From NCBI GenBank assembly GCA_051362555.1, contig CM120642.1, positions 11,656,001 through 11,720,000 of the forward strand: 64,000 nt of DNA, given 5' to 3'. This DNA comes from Lingula anatina. Its lineage: Eukaryota; Animalia; Brachiopoda. This document shows, piece by piece, positions 50,229 to 63,500 of this stretch (positions are counted from its first letter, which is position 1; every line of letters begins with the position of its first letter). Position numbers and translations under genes: made by a program. Under the pieces are notes generated by a model. It had not been told where the DNA came from and ran no database searches. It worked only from the letters and a program-made list of their open reading frames with translations.

Positions 50229-51534
50229 ACAGTACGCAGCCGTTGCCTTAAAAGACCGAGGTGTAGCAGAAAACATGTTATTATGCTTAAACCTGTTCAA
50301 ATCACCGGGTGACCGCCTTGAAAAAAGGCTGTGATTTTTTTACAAAAGCTATGCATGGCTTTTAAATCACGGTGACGCTCATTATAACCGAGAGGTCCAT
50401 TTACACTTTGTGAGCCGTATGAAGTTGATCGCCATTTCATTCTTATAAATGTATTTCAGCACCCCATGCTTTAATTTTTATCTGCCGGTTTCACTTTTTC
50501 AAATTAGAGGCCTAAAACCGGTCTTCTGGCTGAAAAAATTGCTTGGGGCACTTGTTAAAGGTCTACAAAACATGCAATACAAGCTGTTTGTAATAATCTA
50601 GACGCTGACTTGACCTAATGGACTGGGAAAAGAAAGAGCAAACTCTGGGAGGGGAGGGGGGGGGGGGGGGGGGACAGCCTCCCCTCACAGGAAATGTGTA
50701 AACTTAAAAAGCAATGCGCATTTAGCAAATCGTCTTTTTTTATATCACCCCTCCTTCTAAATACAAATTATTGTTGGGAGTGTTTTCATTTTTTTATCAA
50801 CTCTTTTAGAAACTAAATTAGAAAAGGTTTACATTTCGTGTCAAACTGGTATCCAATCAACAAATATGATAGTGTCTTGGGCCGCCGAGTGGCTCCCAAG
50901 TCCTGCATCTGTCGTGTGATTGTGTTTGTAGTGATTGTGGTGTGACGTATCTTTACTAACACAATAGACCTACGTTGGCTCCGATCATCTCAGTTCGAAG
51001 CAGACGTGACTGACGTGACTGACTTGACTCGTATTTTTAAAAGTAAAGTTGACAACTCACACCTACTGGTGGGAAATATTTCATGACGACGGACTAGGCC
51101 TATACTTCTACGCTGTCTTGCTTACGCGACATTTTCAAAATAAATTCAAACTAGCTCCTTTTATATTTTGGACCTTTTGAAAGCATGTCCAACGAATTAA
51201 AAAAAAAACACCAAGCGCAGACTCATATTTTCTTTTCTTCTTTGATTATTCAAAGACGATTCTTGTCGGGTTTTTTTATTTTATTTTTATTTTTATTTAT
51301 TTTTATTTTATTTTTATTTTATTTTTTATTTTTTGTCTCCGGTGTTTTAACTTGACATAAAGCTGATCAAAGCTGAATTTCAATCACAGGACTTGGTTTA
51401 TTTTGACATTCAAACTCTTTTCATTCTTGAGGGTTTCAAAAATTATACTTGAGAATGATAAAACTTTCAAAAACATAAATAAAATGATACACAAAACAAA
51501 TGATTATTTAGTAGAAAAAAAAAACCCGTCTATA

Positions 51535-51623
51535 CCCAGATAGCAAGACGACGTTGGCCCGACGTCGCTCGCCCAACCATGCCAACGTTAGCCCACCGTT
51601 GGCCCAACGTCCTCTTATCTGGG
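51535..51623. mobile_element. Tiny palindromic MITE with CCCAG termini and TA flanks (EnSpm/CMC-like by terminal pattern)
   Basis: TA|CCCAGATA...ACGTTGGCCCGACG ... CGTTGGCCCAACGT...TATCTGGG|TA, with repeated internal CGTTGGCCCAACG-type palindromes. Confidence 0.7.
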
Positions 51624-51687
51624 TAATATACCCGATCGATCCATTGCAATGTATTGTTAGGGCCTATAGATGAAGGCCTACTGGTAC

Positions 51688-51923
51688 CAGCGGAGGATTT
51701 AATGGGGGGTCAGGGGGGTCCTGCCCCCTTCGATTTCTGAAAAAAAATCACACCTCTTGAAATTAGAATTTTGATTAGCATAATCATAGATCTAAAACGT
51801 ACCAAATGGCATCACTCGCCCTCTAAAATACCAGACCCCACGCCAAGTAAGGGGGGGGGGGGGGTCCTCCGAAGCGAAGCCGATCCATCCCCCCCCCCTC
51901 GAATAATCCTGGACCCGCCCCTG
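51688..51923. mobile_element. MITE with CAG..GG.GGAT / GGA.CCGCCCCTG type termini
   Basis: Degenerate TIRs CAGCGGAGGATTT / CCTGGACCCGCCCCTG, G- and C-runs inside the ends, GGTAC directly repeated on both flanks. Confidence 0.6.
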
Positions 51924-52913
51924 GGTACGTTACTATAGTACCGGTAGTGGGCCTACATGTAGCGGTAATTTTTATTTATTACTTTTAAAACTGGAAGCAG
52001 TCGTCATTTTCATTCCTTTATATAAGGTAAATAAATATTTTCTGATTGACCTTTAATCCTCAGTTGTGTCTTTGCCCAGTAACTACATGTATAATCAGTG
52101 ATAAATTGGGACGGTGTCCTCAGGCGACCTCTGTCCTAACCTTGTTTTTAGGGTTTGTCAGGGAATAAGGTCAAAACCTCGAACTGAACTAAGTCAGTGT
52201 AAACATTGACGAGGTCTCTTTCCGGCTTAACAAGCGTTCAGAGGTTGTACGGTTTTGCTGCATTTGGAAGGTGAGTTTTAGTTGGCATTGCTTGACTTAG
52301 AATCAGAAAGGGTAGTGTTAAATGGAGGTGCAGAAAATATAGTTTGAACACTGAGTATCTGACTTTGCAGTCGTTTTGACTGTGGTGCAATGTTTGGTTA
52401 TTTGCTCTCTATCCACATTCGTAGGCATGTTACTTGGATATGTTGATCTCGCGTCATTCTTTTTAAAGATTGCATCAACTGAACCTACCAATCATATAGT
52501 AAGTGCAATTCTAAAATCTTCTTGCAGCCTAAGAAAAGGCGTCACTTTGACAACACGATTTGAAATTGAATTTGTGAATTTGGAATGCTAAGTGTGAATT
52601 CTTTACAACTCGAGATGTTGGTCTTGTCAAAGACAGATTTGATGATATTCATGGAAAGATAAGCACATAATCTACTGATAAAGTAATAGACGTATCAAGA
52701 ATTGACCATTATACAACTTAATCCAACACATACTTCATAATATTGCCTTTAGCATATTATGTACTGGATACAAATAGCTAGACCTGTAAGTACAGTGCAT
52801 ATACTAGTACTCAGTAGCTTTTAAAAAATTGTGACATTCTAAGTGTTGTTTATTATTTTTATTTTTCAGCAATATTACATTTTTCTCTGAAGTAAATTTT
52901 AACTACATCCACC

Positions 52914-53423
52914 ATGCCTGGAGGTTTCTACTGGAGTCGCAACATGATGGGCCAGAAGTTGACAGATGAGCAGATGCGGGAAATACCTCATGCAAATATG
53001 GAACTTTTTGGCCATGTCACCATCAAAACAGTCCAGGCAGGTGCTTTTCTTGGCACTCTTCTCACAGGACCTCTCACACAGGCCATTCGTGGTCCACGTA
53101 CCCTAAATGCTATCATGGAGACTGCTGCTCGCCATGGTAGAAATGGAGCAATAATTGGACTCGTCCTGGGCCCTGCTATGACCTTCATGAAATGCAACAG
53201 CATGAATTGGGACGAGGAAGGAATATATGACAGATGTTACCGCCTTCGTTACAACCGCAACCAAGTGCGTGTGGATCGCGCAAGTGCCCTGGGTGCGACT
53301 GCAGGGTACCTTGTTGCATTACAGATGGGTGCGTCGGGGGCAACAGGGTTTGTGTTTGGGATGACAGGGGGCGTGGTCTTATCTGCAGTCTACAATTCCA
53401 TGTTTTGTGAAAAACATGTCTAA
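52914..53423 (+). CDS. DUF1757-like small glycine-rich membrane protein, 169 aa
   Basis: Intact ORF with CCACCATG Kozak context, acceptor TTTTTCAG at 52869 and upstream donor GAAG|GTGAGT at 52270 (5' UTR intron). Motif DEEGIYDRCYRLRYNRNQVRVDR and Gly-rich hydrophobic helices recall DUF1757 (recognised from memory, not searched). Confidence 0.85.
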   Translation: MPGGFYWSRNMMGQKLTDEQMREIPHANMELFGHVTIKTVQAGAFLGTLLTGPLTQAIRGPRTLNAIMETAARHGRNGAIIGLVLGPAMTFMKCNSMNWDEEGIYDRCYRLRYNRNQVRVDRASALGATAGYLVALQMGASGATGFVFGMTGGVVLSAVYNSMFCEKHV

Positions 53424-56400
53424 CTTCCTTTTAATGGAGATCATCCAGACTTTCGGCACTTTGTGACGAGACTTGAGAATCCACATGAGAAAGGGCTTAC
53501 TTTTTAATTAGCAATAAGAGAGAAACTATGTCATTGTGCACTAGGAATGTCTTCTTAATTAGACATTAGTTCAAAAGATTAATTTGTGCTGTTGTGCAAT
53601 AGACTGTAATTTCACATAACTTTGGGAAAACATCCATGGATAAAATGTGTTGGCTTAAATTCATTGTCACTCTGTATTTACTTGTCTGCCATTAATTATT
53701 TCTGATCTTGCTCTCTTCCCATTCCTGCCAAATCTCGTTGGATTTTATGCTAAGGTGTAAGACTTTGAGCCTTCTCCCATGGTCCTCATTGTTATGTTCT
53801 TTATGTATGCTGAAGCTTTATTAACAAAACATTGCAGATGCTATAGACATTATGTTACCCATTAGTTACTGGAACTATGTGGATAATATACAGTATATGT
53901 TGTTTTCCTGTTGTGATGCCAGAAAAAAAAAGGCTGAATGAAGATATCAATTTGACATTTTTAGTTTTTAGGTATACATAAATGCTATGCAAAATTTGCT
54001 GGAAAATGCATAGTCTGAATAGTATTTTATTGCAATATTTAATTAAAATTTTTTACTTGCAATATCAAAAACCAGCAGTCATCCCTTTGTTCTCCCCTAG
54101 GACCCCTGGATCCTAAAGGGTTGTTCCCGCCCTTACCACTGGTGACCTAAATCTTACTGTACACATACCTAAGTTGCCATAATGTATACAAGGTAGTAAA
54201 GGGTAGGTCAAATCCCATGAGATGTAAGCATAAAAATATAGGTGAGATGCAGGCCATTAGTGGACTACAATGTTTACCATCAAGCTCTGCAAATGGGTGA
54301 TATGTATTAGAGGATTAACTTTGAGATGCAGAGTCAGATATGGGTCACTTCTTTATCTTGGAATGTTTTAAGCAATAAAGGGTAAATGCTTGTTCTTCAT
54401 TAAAAATGATTTGATTGTGTACTTTGTCTAATTTTATTCACAGAGTCAATATTAATCTTTATTGTTAGTTGTTAAATCATACTTCTATTCATGTAGATGG
54501 GGAACAACTTAATGAAACCGTCTGTGAAAATATAGAGCTTGGCAAACTATTTTTTATATACAAGGATTGTAGTGCATAATATGACATATTTCAAAAGCTT
54601 TAAGTTCTGGTAACCCTTTGCTATAGAATTGAAGTTGCTTATTATGTGCAAGATGGAGTAAGTAGGACAAATATTCCTTTCGTGTGTGACTGACGGAATA
54701 TAACAGTATTGAATTTCAGACATGAACTTTTCACTTGCAAAGGTATCAATTAACATATTGGATGGAAATATTTACACGGAATATACTTATTTTTGCAGTT
54801 AGATGTGTAGGTTTTCTTTTTCATTTTTATTTTTATGCTTTCTGAAAGTGTGTCAGTGTCACTGTCTACTATACATGTATAGTATACCAATACTATAGGA
54901 TGGAAAATGAAAGATTCCAGGGGTATTGTGATTTTGAGATAACTTTATAAAATTTGTGATAACTGGCTTTAGCTTTTTGATTTAATATTTTGTAGTATGT
55001 TTTAAAATTGTTAAAATGTATTAATCAATATTAGTTTATTAGACTCTAATGGTAAACTGTTACATTTTCATCCCTCGATTTACATTATATTTGTAATAAA
55101 GGAACCCATGCTACAATGTACATGACTCTGGTTTTTCTTGTAAACATTTTTTTTTTTTTGAATTTGTATAGGTAATGTTGCTCTAGCTACTTGTAAAAAC
55201 ATGAGTTTTCAAACGATACCCTAATGGTTGGCCGTTTGATCTAGAGCATTGCATTGCTATACTAGTACTTGAGCACAGCTGCTTATACACAGACAGGCAA
55301 CATGTTAAGACTATATTGTCAGTTTGTTATACTTGAGACCCCAAGTTTAACAGTGTTCTCGCAGTCTAACACCCAAAGTTTAACAGTGACCTATGACATG
55401 ACCTAGGTGTGCTAGTTCTAATATTTAATGATAACTGCAACACTGGCATGTTCAAAATATTGAATTAAATTAAGGGAGCCCAGGGGGGTCATACCCAGTA
55501 TATCCCTACCCTGATAACTTACAAAAAGTAGGTTATCTGCTGAATATTTTTTATGATTTTATTGGGTTTGAGGACTTTATGGAAGTTGAAGTGTTTTTTT
55601 TTTTTTTTTTTTGGGGGGGGGGAGACTTATCTGTGATTGTGAACATTTCTGATGTATGTTTTTGTATTTGGATTTTATTTCATGTAAAGAAATTTCTCAT
55701 CTATTAACATTCGCACATGCATAATGAAAGGTGAAGGAACCAAATTTGTGTGCAAATTACTGGAATTTATAGTAATAACAATAAAATAATTAAACATGCA
55801 ATTAAAACCTTAACAAATTAAAATTGCTTATGAGTCCAAAATTGTGAACATAAAAGAGTAAGATAAGGATTGAAAATTATATAAAACTTAATTGACATTA
55901 AAATTTTCTTCAAATTTTCCTGGTCAATTGCAGTTCTTATATCAGTAAGTAAAGCATTCCATAGCTTTGGTGCACTGCCGTTCATCATCCATGAAATTTA
56001 TATATATCTTTCTTGAATTTCCTCTAAAAAGTAAAAAATGTTCTAGGAGCAAATAATGAAATTTGGGATTTGTAGTATAATTATGATGTTACTGCTAGAG
56101 AGGTTGAAGTAGCACCGAAACACATGTACAGGTGTATATTGTGGTTTAATTGTTCTTGACAGCTTTTTAAATTGCTTTTTAAAGTACAATTAAATAAAAC
56201 TAATTTAGATGGCAGCGGCAGTGAAATTTAAGTGCTTTGAAGACGTTTAACTTTTAGCGTATTTGTGTTTCACTTTTCATGTAGCCTGGCTGCCTAGTTT
56301 TGGACTGATCCTCTTAATTATGAGCGTTTTTGGGAAAAAAAGAAAAGAAAATTGAAGAACACGTTATATATATATGAGCACCTTTCCTTTTACGACACTG

Positions 56401-56536
56401 TAGGGCATAAATTTTTTTAAAAATATTCTAACATATGCACAGGTGATTTATTTTTCAAACTCGGATTTAATTTGTGCTGTAAATTCCACACTACATTTTT
56501 CTCGCCGCCGCCCCCCCCCCCCCCCCCCCTTTGTAA

Positions 56537-56568
56537 GCGGAAGTCTTGCTAAATCTAACGCATGCGCA
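56537..56568 (+). promoter_or_regulatory. Housekeeping-type proximal promoter motifs of SDAD1 (ETS-like and NRF1-like)
   Basis: GCGGAAGT at ~56537 and CGCATGCGCA at ~56559, 100-135 bp upstream of the ATG. Confidence 0.45.
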
Positions 56569-56671
56569 TTTTCAGTATCCGGCAGCATGTGTAAAGCGAG
56601 AAAAACTAATGTTGAATGAGTTATATAGTAACAGATAAACAACTTGTAATTTGACACCTAGATAATCTGCT

Positions 56672-57455
56672 ATGACAGAGAGAAACAACAACAAACTTCC
56701 GAGTAACTTACCTCAGTTACAGAATTTGATAAAACGAGATCCAGATTCGTATAAGGATGAGGTACGTATTGGGGGATATGTGGCAATATCATACTACTGT
56801 TCATTCATATGTGTAGTAGAAGTTTGAAGTAATACTAATAGTAGTGCTGAGGCTTTTGTCCTTATGTTACAAGAAGAAATACTTGTTTGAAACTGACATA
56901 AAATTACTTATTTCATTTTTATAAAAAGAAAATCAGAAAACATAAAAAATATAAACAGAAAAACATACTTGTTATCAAACCACTGTACTCATTACTGAAA
57001 TTGACTTTGTAAAAGTTTTTTTGAAAGAGCTGATAGACTCTTGAATAACTTGATGTAGTGTGTTGAACACTACAGTAGTTGTACTTGCTCAGGTTGAGGT
57101 CACAGTTTTTAAGCCATATCTTTCAGACTCTTGGATAGGTATGAATTCTACACCAAAGCAGAAGTGCTAGAGTAGAGGCTAATTATTTGATCTCCTAGTG
57201 TCCTCTTTGTGCTCACACAAATAAAACTTTTAGTAGTGAAATTTGATGTCAACTGATAATCATCTGTTAAAGAATTAAGCAAAAATGTTTCATTTCTATT
57301 CACTTGTTTTCCAGTTTCTTCAGCAGTATCGCCATTTTCTGTCCAATATGGAGATATTTGCTCTTAAACCATCATCATATTCACAGACACTTGCAGAGCT
57401 AGTCATGTTTGTAGCACAGGTATAGTGAAGATGAGATATGTGTTATTTTAAGTTT

Positions 57456-57535
<80 letters not shown>

Positions 57536-57546
57536 TACATACATAT

Positions 57547-57593
<47 letters not shown>

Positions 57594-60500
57594 TATGTAA
57601 TATTTTGTTTGGCTAAGTATCAATTAAATAATTGTAAGATAGAAATTTTAATGAGTAATCACTGTTGGGCTATGGACAATCCCCCGAGTACATACAGACC
57701 CTTGTTTACTTCTTGTAGGGACCTCATAGAGGTTCCATCTGTCCCAAACTGAAGTCCTGTTTCCTTCAGCAAATAATACCCTGCTGAACAAGACTTCACT
57801 TTGTAAAGGATGCTCAGAAATCCTTTAGTTATATTATGTTTCCTCAATGGAATTATGCTGTGCTAGAATTTGTATCAATAATCTTTTGTTGAAGGTGGCC
57901 CACTGTTACCCAGATGAACTGGCAAACTTTCCCCAGCAGCTGAGGGAACAGCTTCACAGGAATGCCACTGTACTTGACCCTGCACTCAGAATGGTGAGAG
58001 ACTGGTTTTCTGGAGATTTGTGCTAAGTCTTTGTCTCAGTTTTTTCAGCCCATTTCTCAGATGGACTTATAAACATTAGACAACTACTAGTCAGAACCAA
58101 AATTTACTAGTACCAAGAAAGAGTCTGCAGATAATGGAAAATTTTTCATAATCTAAAACTGCATCTGAATTTCCCACAACAGTACAACACCAAATCTACT
58201 GGTCTGCTGTCACTGACCAGTGGCTAACATCATATGGTTGATTGCTGTCAGTCACTACTATAATTGGATTTGATGTAAAAGGTATATTAAACAAATTTTC
58301 TGGGAATCTTCAACAACTTTCTAATCGTTAGGTACCATCACTCAATCTAAACTGCCGCACATTCAACAGCTTGAATTCAGATATTCACAGTTACCAGTAC
58401 ACCCATATCTTTACCCCCTTGCTAAAAAAATATTAAATGTGTCTCTCTTTAACATTACAGACTTTTTGCAAGGCCCTTATTGCTCTTAGGAACAAAGGCT
58501 TGCTGCCTCCCATCACTGTCCTGGAGCTGTTCTTTGAACTGTTCAGATGTCAGGACAAGCTGCTGAGGAAGACCCTGTATAACTACATAGTACAGGATAT
58601 CAAGATGGTCAATGCCAAACACAAGAATTCAAAAGTCAACACAGTAAGTAACTGGTTGTGACTTGTATGCTAAGCAAAACATGTTTCCGATCAGTTTTGA
58701 ATTTTAAGGTTCATTTTGAACCACAAATGAAAATATTTATATTGGGTAATTTCTAGGTCATTGTAGTACTGTAGGAAAAAGAATGATATTTTTCATGAAA
58801 CCCCCATTTGTGCTGTCTAAACATAAGAGACTTACAGTTCTCAGGAATGACACTTATAATATGCATTTAGAACATCATTATGAACATAATAATTAGTCTT
58901 TGAACATATTTAAATGAAATGTGAGTGTGGGTGTATGTACTGCACTGTGTGAATGGAGTCCTTATATGTGGAATATGTAACATTTCAGTCCTGTCTTACA
59001 TTAGATGACAACTATTGGTTCAGTCAGAATTTTTATTTGTATCTCTTCTGAACAATGTTGACTGTTTAACTATTGATTTATTTCAGACTTTGCAGAATTT
59101 CATGTATACCATGTTGAGGGATAGTAATGCCATTGCAGCCAAAATGTCACTGGTGAGTCACCTATGGTCATGTCATGCATCACATTTATTTGTTTCAAAA
59201 CACTGACATGCAATTATGCAAATTTTGGTCCCTTTCACAAGTTTGCTTCTAACTGTTTAGAGCAATCAAAATAAGCCAGTAATTGGCCAAGCCTGGGGGC
59301 TCTGTTAAGTTTGTTCTCTTACTTTATAGCCAGTTATGAAATTGTCAGTCTCTCAAAGCATTAATTTCTAATAAGTGAAATGCACAGTGTGAGAAGGGGC
59401 CATTTTTTTAACAAAAAGCTGTTGCTGCTGTTGTCACTTGGAATTTTAAAGCATAAACATGAATTTTATGTTATTTTAAATTTTATTATCTAACAATATG
59501 TCAAATTGTCATTCCTGAATCATTTTGATTTTTGCCATATCAGAGTAGCAAAAGGCTAAGAAAAGGAACTTGGTAGAAAACTTCTGTAAAAGTGAAGATA
59601 TTGTGCAGTTATTGATAAAATAACGTTCATGGTGAAATAGCCAAATGGTAAATGTTTGATTTATTACGTTTTCTTGTCTGTTTCAGGATGTCATGATGGA
59701 ACTCTACAGAAGAAATATTTGGAATGATGCCAAAACTGTGAATGTGATCACAACAGCTTGTCTGTCAAAGGTTACCAAGGTGAAGAAGTGTTCAGTGCTC
59801 ATCAACAAAAAGTTGTGTTAAGATTATTTTAATGTAGTGGAGTTATATATTTGTATTTTTTTTATTAGCTTTACAGTAAAAAAAGCAACTTTTATCCAGA
59901 GTTATAATTTTATTGCTTTTACTTTGTGTTTTCAGATCAAGGTTGCAGCGCTAACATTTTTCCTTGGTAAGGATGAAGACAAAGCAGACGATGACAGTGA
60001 CAGTGACTCAGAGGTGAGATTTCATTGAGATTTGTAAGAAAAATTGTTTGTGAAAGTTATTAGATAGCTAAGAGGCAGTTACTGTGATCATTGTATCCCT
60101 TTCATTTTTTTTTTTTTTTTTTTAGAATCTGTGGACAAGGTTTCACGGATAACAAATCTGTGGATACAATCACAAGAATGTCAAAACTGACTCTCATTCA
60201 ACATTTTTAATTATTTTGATTTGTCTATGAATTATCCTTTCTGTTATTAGTTTGCAAATATTATCTTTTTTGTGGTATTTTTTTTTTTCAATGTTTTCTT
60301 GTAATGTCATTGATCACTGTTTTATGAGCAGCCTGACAGGAAGACAGCTAAGGAAGTGATGCTGGGACATAGGGTAGGCAAGAAAACAAAGAAAAGAGCC
60401 AAGAAAATGCAGAAGGCCCTTAGTGTCATTAAGGTAAATATGTTTCTGGGTAGACATAGTGAACTAATTTAAGGGTAACTGGTAGCTGCTGAATGTTAAC

Positions 60501-63500
60501 TGCATTTGTAGCTTTTACTACATAATAAAAGCAAGATGCCCCAAATGAATTATTTATCAAGATTATTATTAACAAGCAATATAACCACAAGTTTTTCTTA
60601 CCTTTTGATATTTTCACTTGAAATAGCTTTCAGTTAAATGTTTGTGTGTACTTTTTTTGTAGAAACATAAAAAGAAGAAGAAACCTTCATCATTCAACAA
60701 TGCAGCTCTCCATTTAATACATGACCCTCAGGGTAAGGCAGGGCTCTATAAAATGAGTTTTAAAAAATATTCCCTTTTGAAATTTTACATTTTTAAGCAC
60801 TGTTGCACCAAAGATATGAATGTTTGAGGTCATGGCATGATACCCTTGACAAATAATTGTAAAAAGAAGAACATTCAAAACATTGGTTTATGTGGTATGG
60901 ACAGATGACACATTTTGAAAATACCAAGTTTTGTATTGTTAGGCTTTGCTGAGAAACTGTTCAAGGATTTGGAAGGTACTACAGAAAGGTTTGAAGTGAA
61001 ACTGATGCTTATCAATCTTATCTCTCGGCTGGTAGGAATTCACCAGGTGAGTTTGTTATTAAATTCAAAGGTAAGAGTATTTTGACTGCATTCTGCTCAG
61101 AATGTTTAGACTTGATGCTATGTACACAACTTTGTTCGTCTTTTTCATCACTTAAATCTCTATTTTCTATGTTGATGGCATAGAATCATATCCAAAAGGC
61201 ATCTTATTTCTTTTTATAACATTGAAAATAATATATTAAGGCATATGTTTAACCATTCAGTCCACTTAATAAAGCATGAAGAGAAAATAACAGTCTAAAA
61301 TACATGTTTCCAAAGGAAATGTTTTGAACTGAGAGCTAATAGGTACTAACATTTATCGAAAAGACAAACAAAAAAAGATACATATTTTTCCTATTACATC
61401 TTTTTTTTACAATTCCTTGGTCTGAATGCATTTGGACTTTATAAACTATTAGATAATTAAACAAAATGTATTTATGTTTGAAGTTTTTCCTTTTCAGCTA
61501 TTCCTGTTTAATTTCTATCCTTTTATACAGAGATTTCTACAGCCACATCAAAGAGGTAAGTCATTTTGTCAGTACAAGTGCATGTCATCAAGACAAGAGA
61601 AATGCCTTTAATGTAATCAAAACAAATGTATTTAAATAAATAGATTGTGGAGAGTGGATGGATACCCATAATTCTTCAGATGAGGAGGCTCCAGTTTGAC
61701 TTTCTGTCTTTTCTCTATTAACTGATGAAATGAACTTTGTCAGTTTGATATTTATGAAAGTCACACTTATGCAGGGTTACAGTTATGATAGTAAATTTGC
61801 ATGGGTGATAAAAAACTAAACAATAGTAGAGAGTGGGCTAAGAAGCTAACATTGACCTCAAAGTTTTCTCGTATTTAGGTAAATAAAACTAGTTGTCTTT
61901 GCATTCCCATTACATAGTTTTTTTTATTTACTATTTCCAGAGGTGACCAAGATTTTACTGTTTGCTGCTCAGGCCAGCCATGACACTGTGCCACCAGAAA
62001 TTATAGAGCCTGTTCTCATGACCATAGCCAATAACTTCATTAGCGACAGGAATTCAGGAGAAGTAATGGCAGTAGGGTAGGTGTTAACACAGTTTAGTTG
62101 GCAGATTGTACAAGGCATTCTATTTGCCTAATGTATTCTGAGTAAACTGAATATTTTTTACTCAAATTCTTTATAATATTTATTTCAGCAAAGTTTACAA
62201 AATACATAAGGAAAATACATCAGGATAATAAAAATACATCAGGAAAATTTTTGTATATGTATTTATGTAAATATATTATATTTTCAGTTTAAATGCAGTT
62301 AGAGAAGTCTGTAGCAGGTGTCCGCTCTCCATGACAGACACCCTGCTCCAAGACCTTGTACAGTATAAAACACACAAGGATAAAAGTAAGAACTGATGCT
62401 CTTGACATAGTTATCATGTGTGAAGTGTTAAAGGAGTGAAAGTTTACATACCTACCTAAAGATGAAATATTTAATGATAATGTGTAATTTGTAACTGAAA
62501 AAAATAATTTATGAAAAAATTGGATTTGTTTTCGTATATAATTATTTCATTTTGAATTAGTTGAGATCTTTGGAAGAATATATTAACACCCTTTACTTCA
62601 TGATTGGCAAAACAGCATTTTTCTTTCATTTAATGTTTTAATCTGGATTTTAACAATATTTCCAGGTGTCATGATGGCTGCACGCTCCTTAGTTCAGCTT
62701 TTCAGACAAATCAATCCAGGACTTTTACACAAGAAAGATAGAGTATGAAAATGCAGCATTCTTTCATTTATAGAATTTAGCTACACTCATTATTTTAATA
62801 TGACAACTTTGGATTTACCTTATATCATGTAGTGTAAATTAGTACCTTTGTTTGTAACAAATCTTTCAGATGTTCGCTGAGTTACTAAGTGAGTTCTCAT
62901 CACTTTGCTAATTTTGCAGGGCAAGCCCACCGAGGCCTCCGTGGACTTACATGTGAGGCAGTATGGGGAGCTAGATGCCAAGGACTATATTCCTGGTGCT
63001 GAAGTTATTAAACCTGAGCCAGACCAGAAAGAAGAGATAGAACAGGGTAAGAGATTAAGAACATCAGAATAACTGCCAATTGAAACTGTATTTTTGTTTT
63101 ACTTAAAAATTACTAAGAAGCACTATTTGGTTTAAAAAGGTTTTCTTTCAAAAATGAGCATGATTGGAGAATTTACACAGAAGTTATTGATTTTCTTACA
63201 TATTTTTTGCATTTAGTTTTGTGACATTTTCCCCATGGCCACAAGTACCATTTTTTGTGAGAAAAAAGTATTGCACTTGCATTAAAAGCCAGTATTTTAT
63301 AGGATGTAGTTAATTGATTACTCTTTTTTCTGAACCAGTATCATGCACCTTTTTTTTTTCAAAAGTAAATCTTATAAGATTTTTTGATTTCATATATCTG
63401 ACAAAAAGTGTTGCTCATATTGCAACTATGTCACATCTAACACAACTAAATGTGATGCATGCATTTTAAAGCCAGTACTTTATAGGGTGTTGTTAACTGA

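Noticed and set aside
58196-58262. Two short hairpins in SDAD1 intron 3 resembling an H/ACA snoRNA
   Set aside because: Hairpins are too short and there is no ACA box after the second stem.
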